Shown here: in pieces, positions 10,968 to 21,712 of the stretch
How the letters are laid out: every line of letters begins with the position of its first letter
How positions within the stretch are numbered: the stretch's first letter is position 1
Assembly: GCA_047947115.1 (NCBI GenBank)
Contig: CP170459.1
Location: forward strand, 1,024,001 to 1,088,000
DNA length: 64,000 bases
Reading direction: 5' to 3'
From: Verrucomicrobiota bacterium
GTDB lineage: Bacteria; Verrucomicrobiota; Verrucomicrobiia; Limisphaerales; AAA164-E04
Notes under the pieces: model-generated
What the model was told of the DNA's origin: nothing
What the model saw: only the letters and a program-made list of their open reading frames with translations
Databases searched by the model: none
Made by a program: the position numbers and the translations under genes

Positions 10968-12450
10968 CAGCCCGTTAAAAAAGTCACAATTCTTCACGAA
11001 AAGATTCGTGATTGATCACATGATCAAGTAAAGTATTTGCCATGGCACTTGGCAAACGGAAAACGAAACAGCAAGAACTGTTCATTGCCTCCAATCAGAT
11101 TCCCAAAACGCCGGCTCACCCGTTTTATTCCAAACTCAATCAGGTTTTTGATGAGTGCGGATTTGATGCTTATGTCGAAGAGTTGTGCGCCCCGTTTTAC
11201 AAGAATTTTGGTAGGCCAGGCATTGCGCCCGGTATTTATTTCCGGATGATTTTCATCGGATACTTTGAAGGGCTCAACAGTCAACGTGGTATCGCATGGA
11301 GATGTCATGATAGCCTTTGCCTGCGTGAATTTCTCGGCATCAGTTTGACAGAGAAAACTCCTGTTCACGCATCGATGACAATTATCCGTCAACGCTTGTC
11401 CGATGAAGTGTTTCACAAGGTTTTCCTTTTTGTCCTTGAACAACTCAAAGAGAAAAAGCTTTTGAAGGGAAAAACTCTTGGTGTTGATGCCACCACCCTG
11501 GAAGCCAATGCAGCCATGCGTAGCATCGTGCGCAAAGGGACGGGTGAGGATTGGAAAGAATACCTTCGTGAACTGGCCAAAGAAGAAGGCATTGAAAATC
11601 CGAGTGATGAAGACATTCAGCGCATCGACCGAGGGCGCAAGGGGAAGAAAGTTTCCAACAAAGAATGGCAAAGCAAGTCAGATCCGGACAGCCGCATTAC
11701 CAAGATGAAAGATGGGCGCACACATCTTGCATATAAGGCTGAACATTCGGTGGACTTGGAAACCGAGGCAATTGTTTCTTGTCATGTCACACATGCAGAT
11801 CAAGGCGATACAACCACGGGGCCTGAGAGCCTCATCTTGGCTGAAGCCAATCTACAATTAATCGAATCAGAAAGGACCGTTGAAGAGGCGGTGATGGACA
11901 AGGGATATCACAGCAACGCATTGTTGGAACGGCTCACGCAGTGGGGTATCCGCACATACATACCAGAGAAGAAGCAAAAGAAGCGTAAGTGGGTGGACAA
12001 GCCGGAAAGCTACGAACACGCATTCCGTGGTAATCGACGAAGAGTTCGGAGTGTCAAGGGTAAGCGACTGAGTCGAAAACGAAGCGAACTTGTGGAGCGA
12101 ACATTTGCTCATGTGTGCGAAACAGGAGCTGGACGTCGAACCTGGCTCCAGGGAATGGAAAATGTCACCAAGATTCACACACTGAAGTGCGCAGCATTCA
12201 ACCTCGGATTGCTGATGCGGAAAATCTTTGGCCTCGCCAAGCCAAGAAACTGGGAAGCGAGCCTCGCTACCGCTTTGACGGCTGCTTTTGTCATAATTTT
12301 TGGCGAATGGATGACTCAGGGGGCGATAAATATGGCTCCCGCCGTCCTTTTACTGATTTCCACCATTTTATTATGCAGCTTGATGAAATCGAAGCCGGAC
12401 GAGATTCGGATCATTCGGTTTTTCGAAATTGGCACTTATTAAACGGGCTG
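10968..12450 (+). mobile_element. IS1182-like (IS5/IS1182-type DDE) insertion sequence, 1483 bp
   Basis: IRs CAGCCCGTTAAAAAAGT / ACTTATTAAACGGGCTG (15/17 match); 4-bp target duplication ATAT at 10964-10967 and 12451-12454. Confidence 0.92.
11042..12442 (+). CDS. DDE transposase
   Basis: GRPGI, VDATTLEANA, SDPDSRI, MDKGY, R...VERTFA motifs. Confidence 0.92.
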   Translation: MALGKRKTKQQELFIASNQIPKTPAHPFYSKLNQVFDECGFDAYVEELCAPFYKNFGRPGIAPGIYFRMIFIGYFEGLNSQRGIAWRCHDSLCLREFLGISLTEKTPVHASMTIIRQRLSDEVFHKVFLFVLEQLKEKKLLKGKTLGVDATTLEANAAMRSIVRKGTGEDWKEYLRELAKEEGIENPSDEDIQRIDRGRKGKKVSNKEWQSKSDPDSRITKMKDGRTHLAYKAEHSVDLETEAIVSCHVTHADQGDTTTGPESLILAEANLQLIESERTVEEAVMDKGYHSNALLERLTQWGIRTYIPEKKQKKRKWVDKPESYEHAFRGNRRRVRSVKGKRLSRKRSELVERTFAHVCETGAGRRTWLQGMENVTKIHTLKCAAFNLGLLMRKIFGLAKPRNWEASLATALTAAFVIIFGEWMTQGAINMAPAVLLLISTILLCSLMKSKPDEIRIIRFFEIGTY

Positions 12451-13348
12451 ATATCATCAAAGACTTTGATCGGTTCCATATTGGACACAAAAGCATCATT
12501 GCTCGGAATGACCATACTGGCAAAACTCAAGTATTGATGCCGTGGATCATGTGCATTCAATCGGATCGTCACATCCTGTGAAACCCCGGGCGCAAAAACA
12601 GGGGGATTGAGATCACTGGTGACCAAGTGATGCATCCCGGCGCCGCTTTGGTTCATGAACCATTCATTGAGTGCCGAAGGATCACCATCTTCAGCCAGGC
12701 GTTCCAGGGCTCCCGAAGCAGGCTGGCCCATTTCAAACAGACGAACGGACCCATCATGGAATCCCATCCATACCGGCGTGAAATAAACACCCTTGTCGGG
12801 AGCCTGATTTTCCACGTGAAGGGAAACGTCCACCCATTTGGGCATGACACGCATGACGCTGATTCGAATCAATGCAGATTCAATCTGCGTGAAATCTGCG
12901 TTTTCAAAAGCCTCACGATCCACAATACCCCCTGCTCCAGTCGCCATGTGTCCGGCATGCATCCGAATGACACTCTGTTCATCCATGCCTGTATTAGGTG
13001 TCATTTGACCCAGCGCAGGTGTGTTCCCGGGGAGTTCGTCGTTCACTTCCACTCCCGCATCGTAAACCATGGAGCGCGTCAACATGAGTTCCAGTGATCA
13101 GAGGCCAGGGGCCACATCAAATGATTTCTTCCAAAAAAGGGGTCAGAATTTTAACAGCCTGAAAAACCCGGATACACCCGTGGTTTCCACTTCAACCGTT
13201 CTCTGACCTTGCATCGGGTCCCAATTGATGTCGAACAAGGTTGGGGTGCGTTGAAGCTGAAACCCGTCAGGAACGATTCAATCCCTGATCTTCTCCAAAC
13301 CAATCCCCGGCATTGCTTAAACATCCCTGAATGGAGTAAGATCCGGTC

Positions 13349-14443
13349 ATGTCCAAGACCAAAGTGCTCTTACTTGGTGCCGGCTTTATTGCCGACATTC
13401 ACCTCGAATCATATCAACGCTTCGTGCCCGATGCGGAAGTGATCGGCGTCTATACACGCAACGCTGAAAAAGCCGCCGCATTCGCCGAAAAACATGGCCT
13501 GCCCCACCGTTATGACGACATGGAAAAGGCCATCGCGGAATCCGGCTGTGAAGTGGTCGATATCTGCCTCCCCAATTTTCTGCACCATCAGGCAGTCCTG
13601 ACAGCCGTCAAGCATGGCAAACACATCATCATCGAAAAACCTTTTGCCATGACCCTGGAACAGGCCGACGAAATGATCGATGCATGCAACAAGGCCGACC
13701 TGAAACTGATGTATGCCGAGGAACTCTGCTTCGCTCCCAAATACGAGCGCGTTCGCAAACTGGTCAACGAAGGCGCGCTGGGTGAACTCTATCATCTCCG
13801 CCAATGCGAAAAACACTCCGGTCCGCACAGCGATTGGTTCTATGATGTGAACCTCTCGGGAGGCGGGGCCATGATGGACATGGGCTGTCACGGCATTGCC
13901 TGGTTTCGCTGGATGCTGGGTGGACGCCCCAAGGTGAAAAGCGTCCAAGCCCACATGATGACGGTCATGCACAAAGACCGCACCCAGGGCGAAGATGATT
14001 CCGTCGTCATTGTGGAATTCGAAAACGGCGCCATCGGCGTTGCCGAAAACAGCTGGGCCAAACTGGGCGGCATGGACGACAGTGTTGAAGTGTTCGGCAC
14101 TGGAGGCGTGATCTATGCCGACCTGTTTCGTGGCAATGCCGCCGTCACCTACAGCGACAAGGGCTATGGCTATGCCATGGAGAAAGCAGGCGGCACTCAA
14201 GGATGGACATTCACCATCTTCGAAGAAGCTTTCAACCAAGGTTACCCGCAGGAATTGAAGCATTTTATTGAATGCGTCCGAGAAAATCTGGAACCCAAAG
14301 TCACCGGAGAAGACGGTCGTGCTGTGCTCGAAATCATGCTGGCCGCCTATGAATCCGCCGGGACAGGACGTAAGATTTCCCTTCCCTTCTCTCCCAAGGT
14401 CGAAAAACCCATTGATCTTTGGTTGAATAAACGTTCATCCTAA
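13349..14443 (+). CDS. Gfo/Idh/MocA-family oxidoreductase
   Basis: LGAGFIA, GKHIIIEKP, SGGGAMMDMGCH. Confidence 0.93.
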   Translation: MSKTKVLLLGAGFIADIHLESYQRFVPDAEVIGVYTRNAEKAAAFAEKHGLPHRYDDMEKAIAESGCEVVDICLPNFLHHQAVLTAVKHGKHIIIEKPFAMTLEQADEMIDACNKADLKLMYAEELCFAPKYERVRKLVNEGALGELYHLRQCEKHSGPHSDWFYDVNLSGGGAMMDMGCHGIAWFRWMLGGRPKVKSVQAHMMTVMHKDRTQGEDDSVVIVEFENGAIGVAENSWAKLGGMDDSVEVFGTGGVIYADLFRGNAAVTYSDKGYGYAMEKAGGTQGWTFTIFEEAFNQGYPQELKHFIECVRENLEPKVTGEDGRAVLEIMLAAYESAGTGRKISLPFSPKVEKPIDLWLNKRSS

Positions 14444-14542
14444 GGCTCTAATGGAGAGTGCGCGGCGATTTTGAAGTCGGTTTACCTTTTTACGTATCCG
14501 ATTGGACTCCCGATCGGTGTAACCATTATTAATCTATTGTTC

Positions 14543-15289
14543 GTGGAACATTCGAAAGCCATTGTCATCATACCCACCTATAACGAGCGGGAAAACCTCC
14601 CGGCTTTGGTCGATCACGTACTCGCTCTACCGGTGAAGGTCGACATGTTGGTGGTGGATGACAGCTCTCCGGATGGCACCGGCGAAATGGCAGATCAATA
14701 CGCCAAAGCACACGAATCCATCCATGTCCTGCATCGCAAGACCAAAAACGGACTTGGACGCGCATATTGCGATGGATTTCAATGGGCCTTGCAGCGGGAT
14801 TACGAATACATCTTCGAGATGGATGGCGATTTTTCCCACAATCCGGACGACATCCCCCGCTTCTTGGAAGCCATCGAAGATGCCGACCTGGTGCTGGGAT
14901 CCCGCTATCGGAACGGCATCCGGGTGATCAACTGGCCGCTGGAACGATTGATTCTCAGCCTGGGCGCGGCGCAATATGTCAAAATCATCACCGGCATGCC
15001 TGTCACCGATCCCACCGGCGGATTCAAGTGTTTCCGGCGATCAGCGTTGCAATCCATTGACCTTTCGCGCGTGCATTCCAACGGCTACAGCTTTCAGATC
15101 GAGATGACCCATAAACTCTGGCGTCAAGGCCTGCGCATCCGGGAAATCCCCATCATCTTCACTGACCGCTTCCAGGGCACTTCCAAGATGGAACGTAAAA
15201 TCGTATGGGAAGCCTTGTGGATGGTCTGGCGTCTTTGGATTCACAATGGATTGAGCCGGAGTCCAACGTTTCGGAAAACGCCGGGTTAG
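14543..15289 (+). CDS. Polyprenol monophosphomannose synthase-like GT2 glycosyltransferase
   Basis: IIPTYNERENL, VDDSSPDGT, MDGDFSH, GSRY, GFKCFRR, GYSFQIE; GTG start inferred. Confidence 0.9.
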   Translation: MEHSKAIVIIPTYNERENLPALVDHVLALPVKVDMLVVDDSSPDGTGEMADQYAKAHESIHVLHRKTKNGLGRAYCDGFQWALQRDYEYIFEMDGDFSHNPDDIPRFLEAIEDADLVLGSRYRNGIRVINWPLERLILSLGAAQYVKIITGMPVTDPTGGFKCFRRSALQSIDLSRVHSNGYSFQIEMTHKLWRQGLRIREIPIIFTDRFQGTSKMERKIVWEALWMVWRLWIHNGLSRSPTFRKTPG

Positions 15290-15316
15290 TACCGTGAGAA
15301 TCATTTCGCCAGCGCA

Positions 15317-15538
15317 GGTAGAAACGGGTCTTCCCCGGCCCGTTCCCTTGAGGCTCCCGATGTCCGTTTTACCTCACAAGGGAAGCTTGGAACGTACACC
15401 TTTCTTGATGGCATGGTCACAAGGTTCAAGAAAGGCAAAACAGGTGTCAGGATTTCATAAGCTTTACGAGTTCCCTTTGGATGGTTGATCGTCTATTCGT
15501 TTGCCACAAGGTTGCTCACGGGGACGTCACGCTCTACC
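15317..15538. repeat. Inverted pair of GGTAG REP hairpins (REPIN-like)
   Basis: GGTAGAAACGGGTCTTCCCCGGCCCGTT at 15317 and a reverse-strand GGTAGAGCGTGACGTCCCCGTGAGC ending at 15538. Confidence 0.65.
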
Positions 15539-15575
15539 TTTCCAACCACTGAATGAATCGATAAGTTACCGGTTC

Positions 15576-17057
15576 TCAATTGACACCTGGTAGAATCCTG
15601 AAAAATTGAGAGGACGTTGTCGAAACAGAGGCGTCAAACTGAAAGGTAACGACACCGGGAGAAGCTGAGGTTATTTCTCCCACTTCGGTCCAATCCTCAA
15701 GATCTGCCGACGCCTCGATCACAAAAAGTTCTCCGGCTGCTGAAGCATCCCAATGAAGGCTCAGCACACCCGTAATTGAATCGAATGTGATTTCGGATAC
15801 AGGCAGGGAACCGGTTCCTATTCCACCCGATCCTGATCCTCCTGCGCCACTGCCTCCTGGTGAATCAGAAATGCGTGTCAACACCCAATCCATCACTAAA
15901 ATCTGATAATCATCGACAGGAAACTCGTACTGAATGGTCTCATTTGGACAGGTGATGGGGGCCTTCATTTTTAGGCTAGATGTTCCCTGTTTTTTCATCC
16001 AATGCCCCAGCGCGATGGCGGCTCCGTTGCTGAAGTTGATGGTTGTATTGCCTGGAAAAACCGCAGGACCACCCGGTACGAACACGGGTGCAAACATTAA
16101 TTCATGACTAGGTATCGAACTGGGAGCAGCTCCTGAAAAATCCATCCAGAAATGCTCGCCTGATGTATCGGCCTCAATGCTCACATCAACCGCTGGATAG
16201 GATGGGACATTCGGCGTCGTGACATTCACCAAGTGTCCCCCATACAGATTATTCGTGATCCAATGCGACCAATCTGCATCCCCACCCAATTCATCCGCAG
16301 TGAAAGCAAAATGCCACTGGCCCTGAAGTGTCCATTCCCAGACACTCAGCGCAGTTGTGTGGGAACCAGCCTGTAGAGTGTAACTCAGCGAACCTTCGTA
16401 GTAACCCGGAATAGGCTTGGCCCCTTCATTCTGCACAGTGATCGTAAGTTCAGGATCCGCATAGGCGCTCACACTGGACATCTCGTTCGGGATGGTCACA
16501 TTCGTAAATGCGTTTTGCACGGCTGTGTTTTGGCCATGGTCAGTTTCTGAATCATAGAATTCGTTACTGAAGATGAGTTCATCGATTTCTTCCGAATGGA
16601 AAAGGGTCAGCATGGCTTCGATCTCCGATTCGGACACATCACATCGTCTCAATAATTCCTTTAACTCCACAGATTCATTTATGCGCCGCTTCAACTTACG
16701 CGCATGAATTTCGGCATAATCGAAATGGGCCACTTCATGAACCAACAAGGCAGGCGTCGCTTCGCTCGGGCGATACCAAGAAACAGAATGATCGAAAACC
16801 GCCTGAACATTGACTTCAAGCGTGCGCGTAGAGACATCCCACGTGAAATCCCAAGGGATTTCCGTATAAACGTAAGCATCATAATGTTCGGAAGGGTCGG
16901 AGGACAAGGCAGGAGGTGTGCCCTGAAAATCACCCCACCCCGGGGAACTGCTGCTCGACCATGGACTCTGGTCCGCACCTAGAGTTGCTGTGAACGCTGT
17001 GAGCTGAAGCAGTATCAGAGATATAAATCCATACCCATTTCGCAAATTGTGACACAT
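15576..17057 (-). CDS. Secreted DUF922-like putative Zn-protease domain protein with a Gly/Ser linker and a C-terminal FFR module
   Basis: Signal-like N-terminus, WGDFQG, SWY, LLVHEVAHFDYAE (HExxH), YDSETDHG; tail IEASADLEDW...FFRIL. Confidence 0.7.
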   Translation of the reverse strand: MCHNLRNGYGFISLILLQLTAFTATLGADQSPWSSSSSPGWGDFQGTPPALSSDPSEHYDAYVYTEIPWDFTWDVSTRTLEVNVQAVFDHSVSWYRPSEATPALLVHEVAHFDYAEIHARKLKRRINESVELKELLRRCDVSESEIEAMLTLFHSEEIDELIFSNEFYDSETDHGQNTAVQNAFTNVTIPNEMSSVSAYADPELTITVQNEGAKPIPGYYEGSLSYTLQAGSHTTALSVWEWTLQGQWHFAFTADELGGDADWSHWITNNLYGGHLVNVTTPNVPSYPAVDVSIEADTSGEHFWMDFSGAAPSSIPSHELMFAPVFVPGGPAVFPGNTTINFSNGAAIALGHWMKKQGTSSLKMKAPITCPNETIQYEFPVDDYQILVMDWVLTRISDSPGGSGAGGSGSGGIGTGSLPVSEITFDSITGVLSLHWDASAAGELFVIEASADLEDWTEVGEITSASPGVVTFQFDASVSTTSSQFFRILPGVN

Positions 17058-17216
17058 TCGATCCGCAAAGGAAGAACGACAAGAACGGTGGATTGAAAAC
17101 TTTTTCACATCTCCAACAAAGCAGCCTGGATGCCAATCGCAAAAATGAGAGAGGTCCAGTTCTAACCGATCAGCTTCGAAACAGCATAAAACTGGGAGCA
17201 CCGCGGAACAGGCAGC

Positions 17217-18179
17217 TTAAAAATACCGGACAAATGACTTTTCTTTAAGCTGGTCGATCCATTCGGCTTTGAGACGATTGCGTTCTTCGGCGAGGAGGGC
17301 CTTTTCGATTTCTTCCTGGACTGCCGACAGGGGTTTGGACTTAGGCTCCTGGCGTTCTTCAACGTACATCAAGTAACAGCCTTCGTCCTTTTGAAGGACC
17401 TCACTCATTTGACCTTCCTTGAGTGAAAAAGCAACGGCGGACAAATCATCACGCAGGACCGTTTGATCCACCCACCCCCAGTCGCCTCCCTGGGAGCGTT
17501 GACTGCCCTGATGATACAACCTGGCCAGATCGGCAAAATTGCTACCCGAATCCACCTTGCGTTGGATGTCCTGAAGAAGCTTTTTGGAAAACTCCACGCC
17601 ACCCACTTCTTTTGGGATATATATCATGCGCAAACGAATGCGCTCATCCATTTGAAACTCGTCCAGATGGGAGTTGTAGTAATTTTCAATCTCGAAGGGC
17701 GACACCAAAGAAATGGAAGAAATATTTTTCGAAGTGAGGAAGTCCACAATGACCTGTTCCTTGATGCTCTTGCGGAACGATTCCTGGGTCACACCCTGCG
17801 CCTGAAGCGTCTTGGTCAAAGTCAAACGATCGCCGTAGTCTTCCCGAATACGTTCCTGAACACGTTCGTCGATGATATTCTCCGGGAGCATATAACCCTG
17901 GCTTTCAAATTCTTTTAGAATGAGGTGACGTTCGATCAGAGATTCCAGCGCATTTTGACGCACTTCCAGAATCCGTTGCCTCAACATGGAGGGATCGGAG
18001 GCGAACTGCTGGTAAAGGACCTGTTCGACGGGTAAAGTCTGGGTTTTGACATCATCCAGCGTGATCGGTGTGTCGCCCACCAAGGCGGCCACACTATTCA
18101 ATCGCTCCAATTCAGCAACGGCCATCAAGCCGGGAAGCATCCATAAAATCACCCAAATCCAAATTCGACGCATCGACAT
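17217..18179 (-). CDS. SurA-like peptidyl-prolyl isomerase/chaperone
   Basis: Signal peptide, VAALVGDTPITLDDV, parvulin motifs FADLAR and GGDWGW. Confidence 0.88.
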   Translation of the reverse strand: MSMRRIWIWVILWMLPGLMAVAELERLNSVAALVGDTPITLDDVKTQTLPVEQVLYQQFASDPSMLRQRILEVRQNALESLIERHLILKEFESQGYMLPENIIDERVQERIREDYGDRLTLTKTLQAQGVTQESFRKSIKEQVIVDFLTSKNISSISLVSPFEIENYYNSHLDEFQMDERIRLRMIYIPKEVGGVEFSKKLLQDIQRKVDSGSNFADLARLYHQGSQRSQGGDWGWVDQTVLRDDLSAVAFSLKEGQMSEVLQKDEGCYLMYVEERQEPKSKPLSAVQEEIEKALLAEERNRLKAEWIDQLKEKSFVRYF

Positions 18180-18409
18180 ACCATTGATATCTAGAAAACA
18201 AGCCTGTCTTGGTCAAGCATGCTTCTGAAGGAAGAATTAGCCTCGCAATCAAGGAAAGCATTCTTGCTTAACCACGAAACCACGAAAAGCATGTGGTTAA
18301 GTGCCTTTTTATCTGTTGGTTACCATTACGCCGGATGATTTTTGAGACGGTTCTCATTTGAAAAATCCGCATCTTCTGAAATGTATCAAAGGATCAATCC
18401 TTCTGGTTA

Positions 18410-18754
18410 TCAGGCATTTTTCCCAATATTCCCTGACTGTTGTTGAGCGGTATTTTCCATTACGTCGGCAAAATCCTTTTGCAGCACTTTGATGCTGCGA
18501 TCCAGCAAATCCCTTTCTTCCGGAAGCAAATTGCCCCGGGTTTTTTCGCGGATCATTTCCAATTGATCAATGAGGATCTTGGCCGAAGCCGGATCGGGTT
18601 CCGAGAGCACTTGACCGTCCAAACCCGGCATCCGCCCCAGCATCACGAGGGCGGTCTGACCATGTTGGATGACGAAATCCTGAAAGACAGCGGACAGTAT
18701 CTGGTTGCGATCGGCGGATTCGAGTTCCTTTTCGGGTAGTTGAGAGGGTATCAC
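18410..18754 (-). CDS. DUF1844-family protein
   Basis: ALVMLG...AKILIDQLEMIREKTRGNL..EE. Confidence 0.85.
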   Translation of the reverse strand: MIPSQLPEKELESADRNQILSAVFQDFVIQHGQTALVMLGRMPGLDGQVLSEPDPASAKILIDQLEMIREKTRGNLLPEERDLLDRSIKVLQKDFADVMENTAQQQSGNIGKNA

Positions 18755-19437
18755 GGTTTCTTTTTACGTTGTCGACAGAATATTTCAGCCATCAGGAAGG
18801 CGACCAAATTACTCAACCGGGTCTCCAGATCCTTTTCTTCAAGAATGATCTGTCTGGCTTGGGGTTGGCTCACCAGCGTGCAGGACACCATGTCCGCCAG
18901 ATATTCCACATCGTTTGCGCCAAGCATGGTCTGCATGACTTCTTCGAGAGCGAATTTGCTTTCAGGGGGAACTCCGGGCTGCCCGTGCTGTGTCAGACAT
19001 TGTTTGATCTTGGCAGAGAGGACGTTGTCCTTTTCCAACTGCATGTTGACCAGGTCAAGCAGCTTTTGTCGAAGGATTTGCACTCGATCCTCATTCCCAC
19101 GACTCGTATGAACCACTTCGTATCGGTGGGACCGAAAGGGTTTATAGGTGGTGGCACGATTGAGTTTGATCCGTCCCAAACCCTGCAAAATGACATGGGA
19201 CGTGCCGTCCGGATGCTTGACGGCAGCACGCACCATCCCCAAGCCGGCTGTTTTGTAGGGAACCTCACGGGAGGCGTCCGGGCGCAGCATGGCCACAGCG
19301 ATCAACCTGTCTCCCTGAAGGGTACGCTGCAGCATCTTGCGATACCTGGGCTCAAAGATGAACAAAGGCAACATTGTATTCGGAAATAACGTTGCATTAG
19401 GCAACATCATGACCGGTATCGTTTCCGGGTACTCCAT
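18751..19437 (-). CDS. LON peptidase substrate-binding domain protein
   Basis: LFPNTMLPLFIFEPRYRKM, DG..HVILQG..R. Confidence 0.88.
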   Translation of the reverse strand: MEYPETIPVMMLPNATLFPNTMLPLFIFEPRYRKMLQRTLQGDRLIAVAMLRPDASREVPYKTAGLGMVRAAVKHPDGTSHVILQGLGRIKLNRATTYKPFRSHRYEVVHTSRGNEDRVQILRQKLLDLVNMQLEKDNVLSAKIKQCLTQHGQPGVPPESKFALEEVMQTMLGANDVEYLADMVSCTLVSQPQARQIILEEKDLETRLSNLVAFLMAEIFCRQRKKKP

Positions 19438-19597
19438 GCTCTCAAGTTAAACCGACAATCGTGGATCATCAAGTCCGGTCAAAAAAACGGCGTTTCTATT
19501 CGTGGAACTACTTGATGAACAGCAGGCTACAAAAGCAACGGACACCCCGTTGCATGCAGGCTTGCCAAAATGGTTTTCAGACACCATCTTATAGGAA

Positions 19598-20371
19598 ATG
19601 AAACAAACAAGCAAGATTACGATCCTACTTGGCATTGTCAGCGCCCTGTTGCTCGCAGGGCTCGTGTTCCGCCATCTTCAAGCCACCAAAGTGGAACAAG
19701 CTAAAGAGGACAAAATCAAAACCGTCGAAACAACCCTCACGGAGACCCAAGCCAAACTTACCTCACAAACCAAAACCAACGAGGTGCTCCGCTCCGAATT
19801 GGAAATCAAAACGGAAGCCCTTCAATCACTTGAAGGTCGTTACGCAACAGTGACCACCGAACTGGACAAGGTGCAGAAAGAAGCCGATGCCGCGGCCAGC
19901 GAGGTCGCCGCAGCCAAAAAAACCATCGAAGAAATGGATAAACGCATCGGTGAACTTTCCATTGAGCGGGATTCACTGACGACCCAGATGACCGAGCTGA
20001 ACAGCAACATGGAATCGCTCGAAGGCCAAATTCTGGAAACACAGCGCAAACTGGAAGCTTCAGAGGGTGATCGCGAATTTTTATTGAAAGAATTAAAACG
20101 ACTCCAAGCCGAAAAGGCCGATCTGGAACGTCAGTTCAACGATCTTGCTCTCTTGCGCAACCAGATCCGCAAACTGAAAGACGAACTTTCGATCGCCCGC
20201 CGTCTAGAGTGGATCAAGAATGGCATCATGGGAGCGGGCACCGTTCCAAAAGGAGCCGCCTTGTTGAAGCGCGGATTCAGCAAACCGGAAACCAAACCCA
20301 ATTTCGATCTCAATGTGGAATTGAATCAGGAAGGTGGCGTCCAGGTGGTGCCATCCAATGGGCAACAATAA
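19598..20371 (+). CDS. Membrane-anchored long coiled-coil protein
   Basis: N-terminal hydrophobic helix followed by about 180 aa of heptad-rich E/K/L sequence. Confidence 0.75.
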   Translation: MKQTSKITILLGIVSALLLAGLVFRHLQATKVEQAKEDKIKTVETTLTETQAKLTSQTKTNEVLRSELEIKTEALQSLEGRYATVTTELDKVQKEADAAASEVAAAKKTIEEMDKRIGELSIERDSLTTQMTELNSNMESLEGQILETQRKLEASEGDREFLLKELKRLQAEKADLERQFNDLALLRNQIRKLKDELSIARRLEWIKNGIMGAGTVPKGAALLKRGFSKPETKPNFDLNVELNQEGGVQVVPSNGQQ

Positions 20372-20390
20372 CAATACACTGGGAAGCCCC

Positions 20391-21458
20391 ATGAAGCATC
20401 AAGGGCTTCAAGACTCTTACGGTCGGATCATGCAGGATCTTCGGATCAGCGTGACCGACCGTTGTAATTTCAGATGCCTCTACTGTCTGCCCGAGACGGA
20501 AGAGGCATCCAATTTTTATCGGGATGCTTCCGCCGGAAGACATTTACAGGAGGGTCAGAAAAACTTTATCCGCTACCCGTGGAAGCCCAAAAAGGAAATC
20601 CTGACCTATGAAGAAATCATTCGATTTGTTCGCCTGACCTCTCAGGCAGGTATCCGGAAAATCCGAATCACCGGGGGCGAACCCCTGCTGAGAACGGGTG
20701 TGGCGGGTTTGATTGCCGAAATAAAAAAAATTCCAGGCATTCAGGATGTCGCACTCACCAGCAACGGATTCCTGTTTCAAAAACACGCACAGGCACTCAA
20801 AGAAGCGGGTCTGTCACGCATGACATTCAGCATGGATTCCCTGGACGCCGCCAACTTTGAAAAAATGACCGGTCGCAAAGGTCTGGAAGGCGTCATTGAA
20901 AGCATCCAACTTGCCAAGCAACTGGGATTCGGTCCCGTCAAGGTCAACGCCGTCATCATTCGCGATATGAATGACCACGAACTGGAGGATCTCGTGCAGT
21001 TCGGGCGCGACCACCAGGTTACCATGCGTTTCATCGAATACATGCCTCTGGATTCCGGCAAAGCCTGGCAAAAAGAGTTGGTGGTCAGTGGTCGGGAAAT
21101 GCTGGAAAGAATCCAAAACCGGTTCGACATCCAGCCCCTCCAGCCCAACCACTCCTCCGAAACAGCCAAACGGTGGCAGCATAAGGACGGCAATGGTGAA
21201 TTCGGCATCATTGCCTCGGTCTCCGAACCATTTTGCAGTCAATGCAACCGCCTGCGCCTGACCGCTGACGGCAACCTCCGCACCTGTCTCTTCAGTCACC
21301 AGGAACACGATTTCAAATCCCTCCTTCGAAGCAACGCCCCGGATCACGACATCATGAACAAATTGCGAACTGTTGTCTTCGGGAAGGAACCCGGACACAA
21401 AATCGGGCGAGAGGACTTCGTCCAACCCGAACGCACCATGAGCTTCATCGGCGGATAA
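20391..21458 (+). CDS. moaA: GTP 3',8-cyclase (molybdenum cofactor biosynthesis)
   Basis: LRISVTDRCNFRCLYC, TGGEPLLR, FCSQCNRLRLTADG, C-terminal MSFIGG. Confidence 0.96.
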   Translation: MKHQGLQDSYGRIMQDLRISVTDRCNFRCLYCLPETEEASNFYRDASAGRHLQEGQKNFIRYPWKPKKEILTYEEIIRFVRLTSQAGIRKIRITGGEPLLRTGVAGLIAEIKKIPGIQDVALTSNGFLFQKHAQALKEAGLSRMTFSMDSLDAANFEKMTGRKGLEGVIESIQLAKQLGFGPVKVNAVIIRDMNDHELEDLVQFGRDHQVTMRFIEYMPLDSGKAWQKELVVSGREMLERIQNRFDIQPLQPNHSSETAKRWQHKDGNGEFGIIASVSEPFCSQCNRLRLTADGNLRTCLFSHQEHDFKSLLRSNAPDHDIMNKLRTVVFGKEPGHKIGREDFVQPERTMSFIGG

Positions 21459-21712
21459 GGCAGTTCCGGCCGTCCCTAGCCCCAAGGTAGATCTGGCCGT
21501 CCCTGGCCGGAATCTCACAGCATCCATAAGCTCCAATACAGACCGTTTTGGGAAGCCTACAACAATCACCCCTCACCACGTTCTGAACCTAAAGTGTTAC
21601 CTATGTCTTGAACTCACCACTCACCCCTCACCCACCATTCGAAATTCACCATTCAACAGTCCCTCCCTCCCAAAACATTGATCCCAATCAACCATTGAAC
21701 TATGGTCGAGGT

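Larger units (their letters stand above)
9901..13085 (-). pseudogene. Multi-spondin-domain protein, split by an IS and 5'-truncated (fragments 12451-13085 and 9901-10967)
   Basis: Spondin_N motifs (FTPVW.GFHDG, LAEDG, SMVIPSNDAF; PHFSGLIGATH, SMIAPSPDWFVG, YDAGTDSG); removing the IS and one ATAT restores KVFDD-MGNL in frame. Confidence 0.88.

Noticed and set aside
18339..18356. TTTTGAGACGGTTCT resembling an IS5 right end
   Set aside because: Isolated short match with no partner IR or transposase remnant
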